From positions 1 to 29,945 of the IMG/VR virus record IMGVR_UViG_3300028898_000252: 29,945 nucleotides of DNA; one strand, 5' to 3'. How positions within the stretch are numbered: position 1 is the first letter of the stretch; each line of letters opens with the position of its first letter. A program made the position numbers and the translations under genes. The notes below the pieces were generated by a model that was not told the DNA's origin, did not search any database, and saw only the letters and a program-made list of their open reading frames with translations. This document shows, one piece after another, positions 8,462 through 16,306 of this stretch. This DNA is from a virus (Duplodnaviria > Heunggongvirae > Uroviricota > Caudoviricetes).

Positions 8462-8734
8462 TTACTCGTCCTCTTCATCATCTTCTTCGTCGTCCTCATC
8501 GTCAATATCAATATCATCTTCATCTTCGTCTAAATCTTCGTCAGACTCTTCAATTTCTCCATCAAGAATTTCAACCTCTAAATCAAGAGAATCTTCTGCA
8601 ATTCGTAACAATTCTAAATTTGACATATTTTGAACGGTTTCTAATGCTTCTTCTTCTGATTCAGCAGAAACTTCTATGACTATTTCTTGTTGAAGAAATA
8701 AATTTACAGGCACGCCATATGTTTTTATATTCAT
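8462..8734 (-). CDS. Highly acidic small protein
   Basis: VIEVSAESEEEALE motif and a D/E-rich C-terminal tail (EESDEDLDEDEDDIDIDDEDDEEDDEEDE). Confidence 0.85.
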   Translation of the reverse strand: MNIKTYGVPVNLFLQQEIVIEVSAESEEEALETVQNMSNLELLRIAEDSLDLEVEILDGEIEESDEDLDEDEDDIDIDDEDDEEDDEEDE

Positions 8735-8757
8735 GTTGTTTTTGTTTGCTCCTTTTT

Positions 8758-9144
8758 TCAGACAATCTGAAACATTACATTTTTTGGATGCTCTGAATTA
8801 TATACATTCCTAGTTTCATCTTGGTAATGTGCAACCGTTTTCGACATTTCCTTAAGAAATTCTTGGTGAAGATAGATTTCATTCATCAAATATTGTGAAA
8901 GTTTTACCTTAACTGAAAGGTTCGAATAATTGTTTCCAAGTTGTTTTACTGTAAGAAAGATAGCTGCCCCAATAGTGCCACATGCAGAAGAATTGCACCT
9001 AAGATTTTTATCTTTTGTCACAGAGACGAAAAGGTCTCTTTCTTCTAAAGGAAAAAGAGACGAGACAGGGACAACCTGAAAAGAAAAAGACTTTTGATAA
9101 CCGTTGCCCAAAGACATTTCAATTTCAAACGAGAGACTGTCCAT
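8758..9144 (-). CDS. Hypothetical protein
   Basis: Start at MDSLSF (9144) behind AAAGGA; the track's upstream extension crosses a structured non-coding segment. Confidence 0.75.
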   Translation of the reverse strand: MDSLSFEIEMSLGNGYQKSFSFQVVPVSSLFPLEERDLFVSVTKDKNLRCNSSACGTIGAAIFLTVKQLGNNYSNLSVKVKLSQYLMNEIYLHQEFLKEMSKTVAHYQDETRNVYNSEHPKNVMFQIV

Positions 9145-9159
9145 TTTTATTTTCCTTTC

Positions 9160-9320
9160 GCGGTTTAGTTGGGGTGATGCACAGGTAGGGTATCCACATC
9201 CCCAACCTCTGTAAAGAGAGAATCCCAGGGCAATATACTTTGAAACATGACTTGTCCGTGGGTTTAAACTCAAACAGCGTTTGCCACGCAGAATTTCAAA
9301 CAAATTCGGGTTTCAAACAC
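9160..9320 (-). ncRNA. Candidate structured RNA A (class unknown)
   Basis: About 200-nt intergenic gap with stems TTTGAAAC/GTTTCAAA, GAATTT/AAATTC, CGTGG/CCACG, CAAAC/GTTTG, CTCT/AGAG, GTTGGGG-ATG/CAT-CCCCAAC. Confidence 0.45.
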
Positions 9321-9349
9321 AAAAACATCAAACTAAAACTGAAATTAAA

Positions 9350-10000
9350 TTAAATGCTTATTGCCTCGTTGATTTCTCCTGATGCTTCTTTAATAGTGTA
9401 TGAGACACACATACGAATTTGTTTTATATCCTTCTTTTTACAAATACTTTGTTTAAAAGTATTTGAAGGAAATAAATCATTTATCGGTAAGTCTGTTTTT
9501 TCAGGAATGAAAAGATCTCCAAATCTTAACTTTTCTTCTAGTTCATCTCTTATCTTTTGAAGACTATTCAAAAAATAATTTTGATAAAGAAATACATTTT
9601 CAAACACACACGAATCTATTTTCTCAAAATTAACGTCACTAAAAAACTCCACATATCGGCTGTTAATTGCTTCAGCATACATTTCTTTGACTTGTGGAAG
9701 AAGACAAAAGATAACCAAATCTTGGTTTAAGATATCATCTATATTTTCTTCAATATCATCTGGTTCAAATTCAAAATAACCTAATTTATTTTTGATACTC
9801 CAATGAGCAAATTTTGAATCATATTCTTCACTATAACTTTTGCTATAGCTAAAGACTAATTCTTTTGGATTGCTTATGATAGAATCACAAATCTCCAAAA
9901 ATAAAATGTGAAGTTGTTCAAGTAGCAATTCTTGCGAGTCATACAAAAAAATTTTAGATTCTCCAAAACAGTTAAGATTTAATGCCCAAAGTTTAGACAT
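9350..10000 (-). CDS. Hypothetical protein (divergent member of the FSSE paralog family)
   Basis: N-terminus LWALNL...IFLYDSQELLLEQL; C-terminus YTIKEASGEINE. Confidence 0.8.
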   Translation of the reverse strand: MSKLWALNLNCFGESKIFLYDSQELLLEQLHILFLEICDSIISNPKELVFSYSKSYSEEYDSKFAHWSIKNKLGYFEFEPDDIEENIDDILNQDLVIFCLLPQVKEMYAEAINSRYVEFFSDVNFEKIDSCVFENVFLYQNYFLNSLQKIRDELEEKLRFGDLFIPEKTDLPINDLFPSNTFKQSICKKKDIKQIRMCVSYTIKEASGEINEAISI

Positions 10001-10014
10001 TGTGATTTGACCAA

Positions 10015-10413
10015 TTAAGCCGCGACAACCCTAACAGGTTGTTTGTCTTCAAAATGCCCAGGAGGAGGAAAAGTATTATAACTAACTTCTATGTTTTCAA
10101 AGAAAGGATTCTTTACTCTAAAAGAGTTTCTTTCAGTCCTATTGAACTGAAAACCAGATTCTTTTAGTTCTTTTTCTAACCGCTCCATCAATGTGTTTAA
10201 AACAATTCCAGACATAGGCATAGGTATGTCTATCGAACAGTTGAGTTCTATTTCAGAAATTTTTGTTGCATTAACACTTTCAAGAAATTCTCGGTTAATT
10301 TTTTCATTCCAAGTTTTTATATTCTTTTGAAACAATTCCTCAATCAATTTCATTTTATCTTTTAATATAGTTTCTTTTGTGGTTGAAAGCTGTTCTAGGG
10401 TTATTAGTTTCAT
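10015..10413 (-). CDS. Hypothetical protein
   Basis: 132-aa ORF with AAAGGA RBS. Confidence 0.8.
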   Translation of the reverse strand: MKLITLEQLSTTKETILKDKMKLIEELFQKNIKTWNEKINREFLESVNATKISEIELNCSIDIPMPMSGIVLNTLMERLEKELKESGFQFNRTERNSFRVKNPFFENIEVSYNTFPPPGHFEDKQPVRVVAA

Positions 10414-10434
10414 GTTTTGTTTTCCTTTTCTTTT

Positions 10435-11133
10435 TTATGAATTCAGTAACATAATATTTTCAACAATTTTTTCGCGAAGTGTTTCAAGGACTTCCGAAGT
10501 TTTTTGACCTTCTTCTAGGTTTGAAAGAAAAGTATAATCATATTCCGAATAGCGATTGCGTAATGCTGGCTTTAATAGAATGGAAAGGCGTGCTTGAGCT
10601 GGCTTGATTTTTATTCTTTCTTTAACTGAATATGCTTTTAATTTCCAAAGATTGTGTTTTGAAGAAAGCTCTTCATAGTATTTTTGATACTCTTTGAGAA
10701 AATTTTCTGTTGTTTTGAGCACCCAATTATGGATTAGAAGAACTGCCAAAAAAAGGCAAAAGAAAACTAAGGCAAGCAAACTTTTCACAGACGCAAAAAC
10801 AGCAGAAACGGCAATTAATAATATTAGTAACACTACCCAAAAATTAGATTTATGTGATACCACAAAAAAAGGAACAAATTTCTTTCTGTTTTCGTAGTGG
10901 TTTTCATAAAATTCCCTTTCGGTAGTAGGTGTTTTAGGTTCTTTTCCTGCTTCATCTAATTTCGGATAAGAGTTTCGATAATCAGCTTCAAACGTTTTTA
11001 CATTTCCAATTGAATCAATGTCTTTTAAATCAATAAATCGATAAGAATCTGTAATTCTAGTTCGAGAAAGTTTTACTTCTCCATATCCGTTTAACTTAAA
11101 CACCTGAATTTCAGGTATTGTTTCTTCATTCAT
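10435..11133 (-). CDS. Membrane protein (two adjacent TM helices)
   Basis: FWVVLLILLIAVSAVFASV and LLALVFFCLFLAVLLIHNWV. Confidence 0.8.
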   Translation of the reverse strand: MNEETIPEIQVFKLNGYGEVKLSRTRITDSYRFIDLKDIDSIGNVKTFEADYRNSYPKLDEAGKEPKTPTTEREFYENHYENRKKFVPFFVVSHKSNFWVVLLILLIAVSAVFASVKSLLALVFFCLFLAVLLIHNWVLKTTENFLKEYQKYYEELSSKHNLWKLKAYSVKERIKIKPAQARLSILLKPALRNRYSEYDYTFLSNLEEGQKTSEVLETLREKIVENIMLLNS

Positions 11134-11665
11134 CGTTGGTGTCCTTTACCTTTATGATCTGTTTTGCTCGGAGAATATCTCTTTGGAGTGTTAAGAGATA
11201 TTCAAGGTCGGTTGATCTAATCTCCTGATCGGAAAAATTCCCGAACCAAAACTTTAATCTATATGGAAACATATTCCAGTCTGCAACTTTGTTATTATAT
11301 TCTTCTTGTGCTAATGCGTTTTTTCCATGAAAATAAACTTCTTGTTTTTCATAATAAATTTCATAAAAACGGCAAGCCAAGAAATGGAAAAAGATTAAAA
11401 TCGATGTAATAACAACTATTAGTGGCATCTTGGCAACTACAGATGAAATAAATGCTATAAACCATATTAAAACAAGAAAAACAGGAAGGGCACTATTAAG
11501 ATCAAAAACCAATAATTTGCTTTCTTGATATTCTTTTTTTGGAGGCAGAAAAGGATGAGAAAAAATAATTTGAAGTCCTGTTAAGTTTTTAATTTCAATA
11601 TAGTAACCATCCGATGTTTCAATAAGTTTTTCATCAACTGTATATTGTTTCGTTTTGATTTTCAT
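11126..11665 (-). CDS. Membrane protein (two TM helices), similar layout to the adjacent gene
   Basis: ALPVFLVLIWFIAFISSVVA and LIVVITSILIFFHFLA. Confidence 0.8.
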   Translation of the reverse strand: MKIKTKQYTVDEKLIETSDGYYIEIKNLTGLQIIFSHPFLPPKKEYQESKLLVFDLNSALPVFLVLIWFIAFISSVVAKMPLIVVITSILIFFHFLACRFYEIYYEKQEVYFHGKNALAQEEYNNKVADWNMFPYRLKFWFGNFSDQEIRSTDLEYLLTLQRDILRAKQIIKVKDTNDE

Positions 11666-11902
11666 TTAGTCTGCCTTTTTCAGATGAGCATAATCTTTTT
11701 TTGTTTGAACCCAATCGGTTCCTTTTCTTTCAAATTTCCATTGAAAAAGTTGACCTGTTTCACATGGTCCTTCAAAAATAACATAAAGCGGAGCAACAAA
11801 AACAATTGTTCCCGTATTTATTACTCTGTTTTCTCTTTCAACATCAATAACATTAACCTTGTCACCTTTAATAAACAAAGTTAAAGTTTTCTTTTGTTTC
11901 AT
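11666..11902 (-). CDS. Small SH3/KOW-like beta protein
   Basis: KGDKVNVID...GTIVFVAPLYVIFEG pattern. Confidence 0.7.
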   Translation of the reverse strand: MKQKKTLTLFIKGDKVNVIDVERENRVINTGTIVFVAPLYVIFEGPCETGQLFQWKFERKGTDWVQTKKDYAHLKKAD

Positions 11903-11905
11903 ATT

Positions 11906-12526
11906 TTACCACCTGTCTCGAAAATCAATCATAAGACAAGGAACAAATTCTTCTGTCCCAGGATACTTGCGAACCTCTAACGTATATTCCATTACAAACT
12001 TATGATTTTGCACAAACCAATTTCTAACAATGTCCATAACTTCTTCGAGATTTTCAGAAACATTCTCTCCAGCCACTGCAAAATCGTGAGATGATCGACC
12101 CATTGTTTTAACATTGTTAACAACTTGTTGGGTCAACAAGTCTCGAATAAATTTATTGGCGATTTTTACAGCATCAAACTTTTCTGGTTGAGGTTTTCGA
12201 GAAAATTTCAAAGTTTCGTAATAACTGCCTTTGGTGATTTCAACGTCTGAATCATTCCCCAAAAACTCTTTGAGTTTTTCTGGTTGCTTGTCAAAATTTT
12301 GACTGTGAAAGCTTACTTCTGAATTAAATGCTGTCTTGTTTAATTCAACAACAGTTGGTTCAATAAGTTTGAAATGAAAAGAGTAATATGGTTTTATTCC
12401 TTTTTCTGCAAAATGTCCTAAAATATCTTGAACTTTTCCTTTAAAAAACCCAACCGTGTGGGTAGATTTCCCTTCCGCATCGCCTTCTGTTGTGACAAGC
12501 CACAGATTCATTTCTGAGTTTTTCAT
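11906..12526 (-). CDS. Hypothetical protein
   Basis: Start moved to MKNSE (12526) behind AAAGGA; the track start lies inside a tRNA. Confidence 0.8.
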   Translation of the reverse strand: MKNSEMNLWLVTTEGDAEGKSTHTVGFFKGKVQDILGHFAEKGIKPYYSFHFKLIEPTVVELNKTAFNSEVSFHSQNFDKQPEKLKEFLGNDSDVEITKGSYYETLKFSRKPQPEKFDAVKIANKFIRDLLTQQVVNNVKTMGRSSHDFAVAGENVSENLEEVMDIVRNWFVQNHKFVMEYTLEVRKYPGTEEFVPCLMIDFRDRW

Positions 12527-12553
12527 TTGGAATTTTTCCTTTGTTTGATGTTG

Positions 12554-12627
12554 TAGGCATGAATGGATTTGAACCATTGACTTCCCCGTTATAAGCAGGG
12601 CACTCTAAACCGCTGAGTTACATGCCT
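12554..12627 (-). tRNA. trnI: tRNA-Ile(UAU), no encoded CCA
   Basis: AGGCATG-TA-ACTC-AGCGGTTTA-GAGT-G-CCCTG-CTTATAA-CGGGG-AAGTC-AATGG-TTCAAAT-CCATT-CATGCCT-A; anticodon TAT. Confidence 0.93.
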
Positions 12628-12639
12628 GTTGAGTTTTGT

Positions 12640-12999
12640 TTATCTAACCAAAAACTCTGCAAAAAATTCTACTCCTTTTTCTCTAACAAACTCTGTATAT
12701 TCAATTCTCGTGGCGTCAATTAAAACCGTGGGTAAATAAGCACCACTAGCTAGTTTATCTTGAAGTTTCTTAATTGCAAGAGTATACCGATCAAGATAGT
12801 TAGATTCAATAATTTCATTTGAATCATATTGGGATAATCCAGTACCATCAGGTCCATGAGATAAATTAGATTCAAATAATCTTTCTTCTTTGCAAAGAAA
12901 AAGAAAATCTGCTCCGTTATGGACACAAGCCATATACAAAGCTTTGTCATCCAATTTTTTTATAAATTCCATTGCTCTTTCGAATTCGCGTGATCCCAT
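12640..12999 (-). CDS. Hypothetical protein between two tRNAs
   Basis: 119-aa ORF with AAAGGA RBS. Confidence 0.8.
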   Translation of the reverse strand: MGSREFERAMEFIKKLDDKALYMACVHNGADFLFLCKEERLFESNLSHGPDGTGLSQYDSNEIIESNYLDRYTLAIKKLQDKLASGAYLPTVLIDATRIEYTEFVREKGVEFFAEFLVR

Positions 13000-13022
13000 G
13001 TTTGTTATTCCTTTATTTCTTG

Positions 13023-13104
13023 TGGATGCGGCAAGAATCGAACTTGCTTGCCCATAAGGGCGAGTGATTTACAGTCACTTGCGAATCCATTTCGCATCGC
13101 ATCC
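13023..13104 (-). tRNA. trnY: tRNA-Tyr(GUA), long variable arm, no encoded CCA
   Basis: GGATGCG/CGCATCC acceptor, AGTGA-CTGTAAA-TCACT anticodon arm, GCAAG-TTCGATT-CTTGC T arm; atypical A at position 8. Confidence 0.9.
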
Positions 13105-13325
13105 TTAGTTAACACCTTGCTTGTCATCGCTCTCGTGTGGTGTTATCACGGACTTTATTTTTTGTTTAGGGATTTGGTTTGGCCACATAAACAGATTGGA
13201 GAAGTCTAACCAAGCAAACGTACAGCGTTTGCAACTGTCCTAGTTTCCTACTAGAAAAAGGTCCGAACAGCCTATTCGGCTAGGTATTTCCAAACCGACA
13301 AGTTTGGGAACATTCTTTATGGATT
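13105..13325 (-). ncRNA. Candidate structured RNA B, directly upstream of tRNA-Tyr
   Basis: About 225 nt without a credible ORF; successive hairpins at 13290-13307, 13263-13279, 13239-13261, 13214-13232 and 13110-13145. Confidence 0.55.
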
Positions 13326-13330
13326 TTAAA

Positions 13331-13582
13331 TTATTCAGTAACAGAAAGTCTAAGCGTTCCTGTTTTAACAGGAGATTCATCATCTGAGTTTTTAAACAAT
13401 CTAATTTGTGAGTTTTCATAATCCATAGAAATATGAGAAAACATTTCTCCAGGGGGAAAACCAAGCATCGGAACCAAAAGCTTGCAATTCATAAAACTAA
13501 ACATAACAGTATCAATTTGATCCCACTCTTCCCAAGAAAAGAGTTGGTTTTCAATATTTTTCTTGAGGTCTTCTGGATTCAT
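13331..13582 (-). CDS. Hypothetical protein
   Basis: 83-aa ORF in the array. Confidence 0.8.
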   Translation of the reverse strand: MNPEDLKKNIENQLFSWEEWDQIDTVMFSFMNCKLLVPMLGFPPGEMFSHISMDYENSQIRLFKNSDDESPVKTGTLRLSVTE

Positions 13583-13587
13583 TTGTT

Positions 13588-13917
13588 TTATTCTCCTGTG
13601 TTTGTGTTTTGTTCGAAGTGAACGGAAGGAAAATAGACAACCATTTTAAGTCCAAAACTATCCCAATTAATTGTTCTTAAAGAACGAAAGAAATCTTGTT
13701 GTTCGATATGGGTTGCCTCATCATCTTCGAACATTTCAAATGCTGTTTTTGTAATTTCGGAGAGAAGATTTCCAAATTCTTCTGTTGAAGTAACAACCGC
13801 CAAACATTGTTTTCCGCACATTCCTTTTCCGCTATAGTTTTTAAGTTCATAACATTCTTCTTCAAAAGAGTCGCTGTTAATTTTTTCCAAAATCTTTTGA
13901 ATGATATGCTTTGACAT
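13588..13917 (-). CDS. Conserved large-phage hypothetical protein
   Basis: YSGKGMCGKQCLAV...DSFGLKMVVYFP resembles a YSGRGMYG...D.MG...I.Y.P family I recall. Confidence 0.8.
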   Translation of the reverse strand: MSKHIIQKILEKINSDSFEEECYELKNYSGKGMCGKQCLAVVTSTEEFGNLLSEITKTAFEMFEDDEATHIEQQDFFRSLRTINWDSFGLKMVVYFPSVHFEQNTNTGE

Positions 13918-13960
13918 TTATTCTCTCTCTTGATTCTTTTGCGGGTGCCGACGCAGAGAC

Positions 13961-13988
13961 ACCTTAGCCATCACACGGCAACAGTCAA
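13961..13988 (-). promoter_or_regulatory. Promoter TTGACT-N16-TAAGGT
   Basis: Intergenic, 16-bp GC-rich spacer. Confidence 0.6.
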
Positions 13989-14608
13989 GCCCCTTCTAAA
14001 AGAGCAATTGCTGAATGTTTAACATGAACAACCCTTTCCGTGTTTAGAAGTTTTAATCTTAAAACTGTTTTGTTTTTCAATTCAGCAATAATAACAGCCA
14101 AACCATATTTGGTTTTTACTATTTTATTGGTTAAATCTTTCTGTGCTTCTTTTTTTGAGAAAAGATTTATTTCTGTTTCGGTTGGGATAAAATTTATTTC
14201 GTTATAATTTCCATAAAAAGTTTTGTTTGCAGACTTAACCAAAACAAGAGCAGTTTTTAGTTTTTCATCCCAAGAGATAAGTTCTCCAATTTTGTTTCTA
14301 ATAAGAACAGTCTGTCCCTTAGTTTTTTCTTTTTTCTTATTAGTTTGGCCGCAATATCTTTTCACTGTTTCAAATGTGAGAAACGTAACTATCGCTTCGT
14401 TTCGTTTATCAAAAACAAAGAATAACTTATTTCCTTCAAAATCAATCGTTTTTATTAATGAGTTGTTTGTTTGAATTAAGACAGTGGAAGCAAATCCATT
14501 TTTTGTTAGAGATAGGAGTTTGTCATATTTTTCATCAGTAAGAATGACTCCATATCTCTGATATGCTCTTTTTATAGCATGTCGTTTTTGTGATTCTTGA
14601 TGTTTCAT
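13985..14608 (-). CDS. Protein with N-terminal DUF4258/RelE-like domain and two KOW/SH3-like domains (tentative)
   Basis: HAIKRAYQRYG...FFVFDKRNEAIVTFL, then KGQTVLIRNKIGELI and KIVKTKYGLAVI repeats. Start at MKHQ (14608). Confidence 0.6.
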   Translation of the reverse strand: MKHQESQKRHAIKRAYQRYGVILTDEKYDKLLSLTKNGFASTVLIQTNNSLIKTIDFEGNKLFFVFDKRNEAIVTFLTFETVKRYCGQTNKKKEKTKGQTVLIRNKIGELISWDEKLKTALVLVKSANKTFYGNYNEINFIPTETEINLFSKKEAQKDLTNKIVKTKYGLAVIIAELKNKTVLRLKLLNTERVVHVKHSAIALLEGA

Positions 14609-14651
14609 ACCTTTTTGGTTTAAGATTAAAACCAAAATAGTTTTGAATTAG

Positions 14652-14723
14652 ATTCACCAGGAAAGCAAAAGGACTAGAACTTATCTGATTGTTTGAAGGA
14701 AGTCCTTTTATAGCCTAGTGAAT
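14652..14723 (-). ncRNA. 72-nt hairpin abutting the tRNA-Ile(GAU) CCA end
   Basis: ATTCACTAGG/CCTGGTGAAT (10 bp, one G-U) enclosing AAAAGGACT/AGTCCTTTT (9 bp). The G-U pair only works on the minus strand. Confidence 0.55.
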
Positions 14724-14798
14724 TGGTAGTCTGCCGCGGATTTGAACCACGAACTGCTCCCTTATCAAGAGAGAACTCTACCCTTGAGTTAGCAGACT
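14724..14798 (-). tRNA. trnI: tRNA-Ile(GAU) with encoded CCA
   Basis: AGTCTGC/GCAGACT acceptor, CTCTC-TTGATAA-GGGAG anticodon arm, CGTGG-TTCAAAT-CCGCG T arm, ACCA end. Confidence 0.93.
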
Positions 14799-14817
14799 AA
14801 TTTTTATTTCTCGTTTT

Positions 14818-14840
14818 GGTAGAAGTTTGTTGCTTCTACC
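14818..14840 (-). other. Hairpin in the tRNA leader
   Basis: GGTAGAAG-CAACAAA-CTTCTACC, perfect 8-bp stem between the promoter and the tRNA. Confidence 0.5.
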
Positions 14841-14854
14841 GCGGCGATCTACAC

Positions 14855-14882
14855 AGTATAATCACCCGACCGTCTGTGTCAA
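14855..14882 (-). promoter_or_regulatory. Promoter TTGACA-N16-TATACT
   Basis: Near-consensus hexamers upstream of tRNA-Ile(GAU). Confidence 0.75.
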
Positions 14883-14892
14883 CTGCCAAGGG

Positions 14893-15972
14893 TCATATGT
14901 TTGTTTTTTTAACATTTAAACGCCTTAATTCTTCTTTCAACCAAGAAATAGTGGATATTATCCATTCTTTTCTAAAAATTTGCAGTTGCCATTCTCTATT
15001 GCAAGGAAGAACTAAAGACTGTTCAAAATTTGAAAGTGATTTCTCATAATTTCCAAGATTGTGATAAGAAAAACCTAACATCTCTCTATATTGGTAACAG
15101 TCCTGTTCTTTTTTAAGAGAAAGATACTTTTCTAGAAAGTCAATACATTCTTTAAAATTATTTTTTTGTATCATTTCTAGTGAAGCTTTAAAAGCTGCGT
15201 GTTCTGGTAGTGTACTTTTATCACATTTAAAAGCCAATTCTTTGAAAATCGGAACATATTCATTATATCTATATTTCTTTTCTGGGTGACATAACATTTC
15301 ATCTGCGAGATAATATCTGCATCGATCAATTAACTCTGGATCAGTTTCAAACCTTAACCAGTTTTTTAAAATTGAAAAATTTCTTTCGTTGAAATTTCTT
15401 GCTCCATTTGAACGATGAATAACTTTAGATTTTGCAACCAGTTTTGTAAAACTATCTCTTCCATCTTTATGATCCAAAAATTCATGAACAGGAGTTCTCC
15501 AATACCATCCAATTTTATTTTTAACAATTCTTTCTCTAAAGAAGTTTTCGCCTTGAATGCAAACAGTTCTGTCTTCGTTCCAGCCATACATATATTGCAT
15601 TGATAAATAATTTCTTTTTCCAGCAGCTTTCAAGGTTTCAAAATCTTTTCGAAACCAATAAATATCATCAATTTGATCATCTGTATCCAACCACATAACC
15701 CAAGGTTGGGTTGCATAAGAAAAAGATTCTTCTCTCGGTGCCGCGAAAGACATTAGTCTTCCATCCAAATCAAGATATTTCTTTCCTGTTGCATACACTT
15801 TTTCTGTATATTTTTTAGCAACAGCAACAGAATCATCTGTTGACCCTGTATCAACAACAACAATCTCTTTTACAACAGGAGACATTTGTCCAAGAATAAA
15901 ATCTAAATTTTGCGCGTCATTTCTGTTGATCATACACAAAGACAAGTCTAGTTTTTCAGTTTCTTCAGACAT
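14893..15972 (-). CDS. Glycosyltransferase family 2 with C-terminal TPR region
   Basis: LSLCMINRN...EIVVVDTGSTDDSV...FAAPR...WVMWLDTDD...WRTPVHE; TPR-like LGFSYHNLGNYEKSL. Start at MSEETE (15972). Confidence 0.92.
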   Translation of the reverse strand: MSEETEKLDLSLCMINRNDAQNLDFILGQMSPVVKEIVVVDTGSTDDSVAVAKKYTEKVYATGKKYLDLDGRLMSFAAPREESFSYATQPWVMWLDTDDQIDDIYWFRKDFETLKAAGKRNYLSMQYMYGWNEDRTVCIQGENFFRERIVKNKIGWYWRTPVHEFLDHKDGRDSFTKLVAKSKVIHRSNGARNFNERNFSILKNWLRFETDPELIDRCRYYLADEMLCHPEKKYRYNEYVPIFKELAFKCDKSTLPEHAAFKASLEMIQKNNFKECIDFLEKYLSLKKEQDCYQYREMLGFSYHNLGNYEKSLSNFEQSLVLPCNREWQLQIFRKEWIISTISWLKEELRRLNVKKTNI

Positions 15973-15988
15973 TTTTGGTCTCCTGGTT

Positions 15989-16288
15989 TTAAAGGTTATA
16001 TAACTTCTTAATACAATCAACAAGTTCTTGATCGGGGTGGTCTGATTGTATTAGACCAATTTTAGATTGTTTTGTTTCGTGTTCTCTAAAATACCACTCG
16101 ATTTCAAATTCTTCATCTTGATATATGTCAAACTGTAAAAGTTTGTTATTGGCAAAATAACTTAATCGAATTGATGGATCAACACTATTTGAAAGAACTT
16201 CTTCAAATGGTTCTGCGCTTGGGTTGAACTGTCTTACAATACTCTCAACTTGTTCAATTTTTATTAGTATTTTTTTTGTTATTTCCAT
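15989..16288 (-). CDS. Hypothetical protein
   Basis: 99-aa ORF in the array. Confidence 0.75.
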   Translation of the reverse strand: MEITKKILIKIEQVESIVRQFNPSAEPFEEVLSNSVDPSIRLSYFANNKLLQFDIYQDEEFEIEWYFREHETKQSKIGLIQSDHPDQELVDCIKKLYNL

Positions 16289-16306
16289 GACACATTTTTT
16301 CTTTTT

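Noticed and set aside
9167-9210. TPP riboswitch (ATACCC…ACCTG similarity)
   Set aside because: The CTGAGA and TAATGC…CGNAGG core elements are missing.
8758-9303. 181-aa version of this ORF, and the long starts of 11906..12577, 23252..23464 and 23586..24317
   Set aside because: The extensions run through tRNAs, structured RNA or promoter islands; internal ATGs fit better.
13200-13240. tmRNA (CAGTT-GCA-AAC resume-like site, tag ANAVRLLG*)
   Set aside because: No tRNA-like domain, T arm or CCA in segment B, and the tag lacks the usual Ala-rich end.
14640-14723. HDV-like theta ribozyme after the tRNA
   Set aside because: The segment folds as a simple long hairpin; I could not find the P1/P2/P3 nested pseudoknot.
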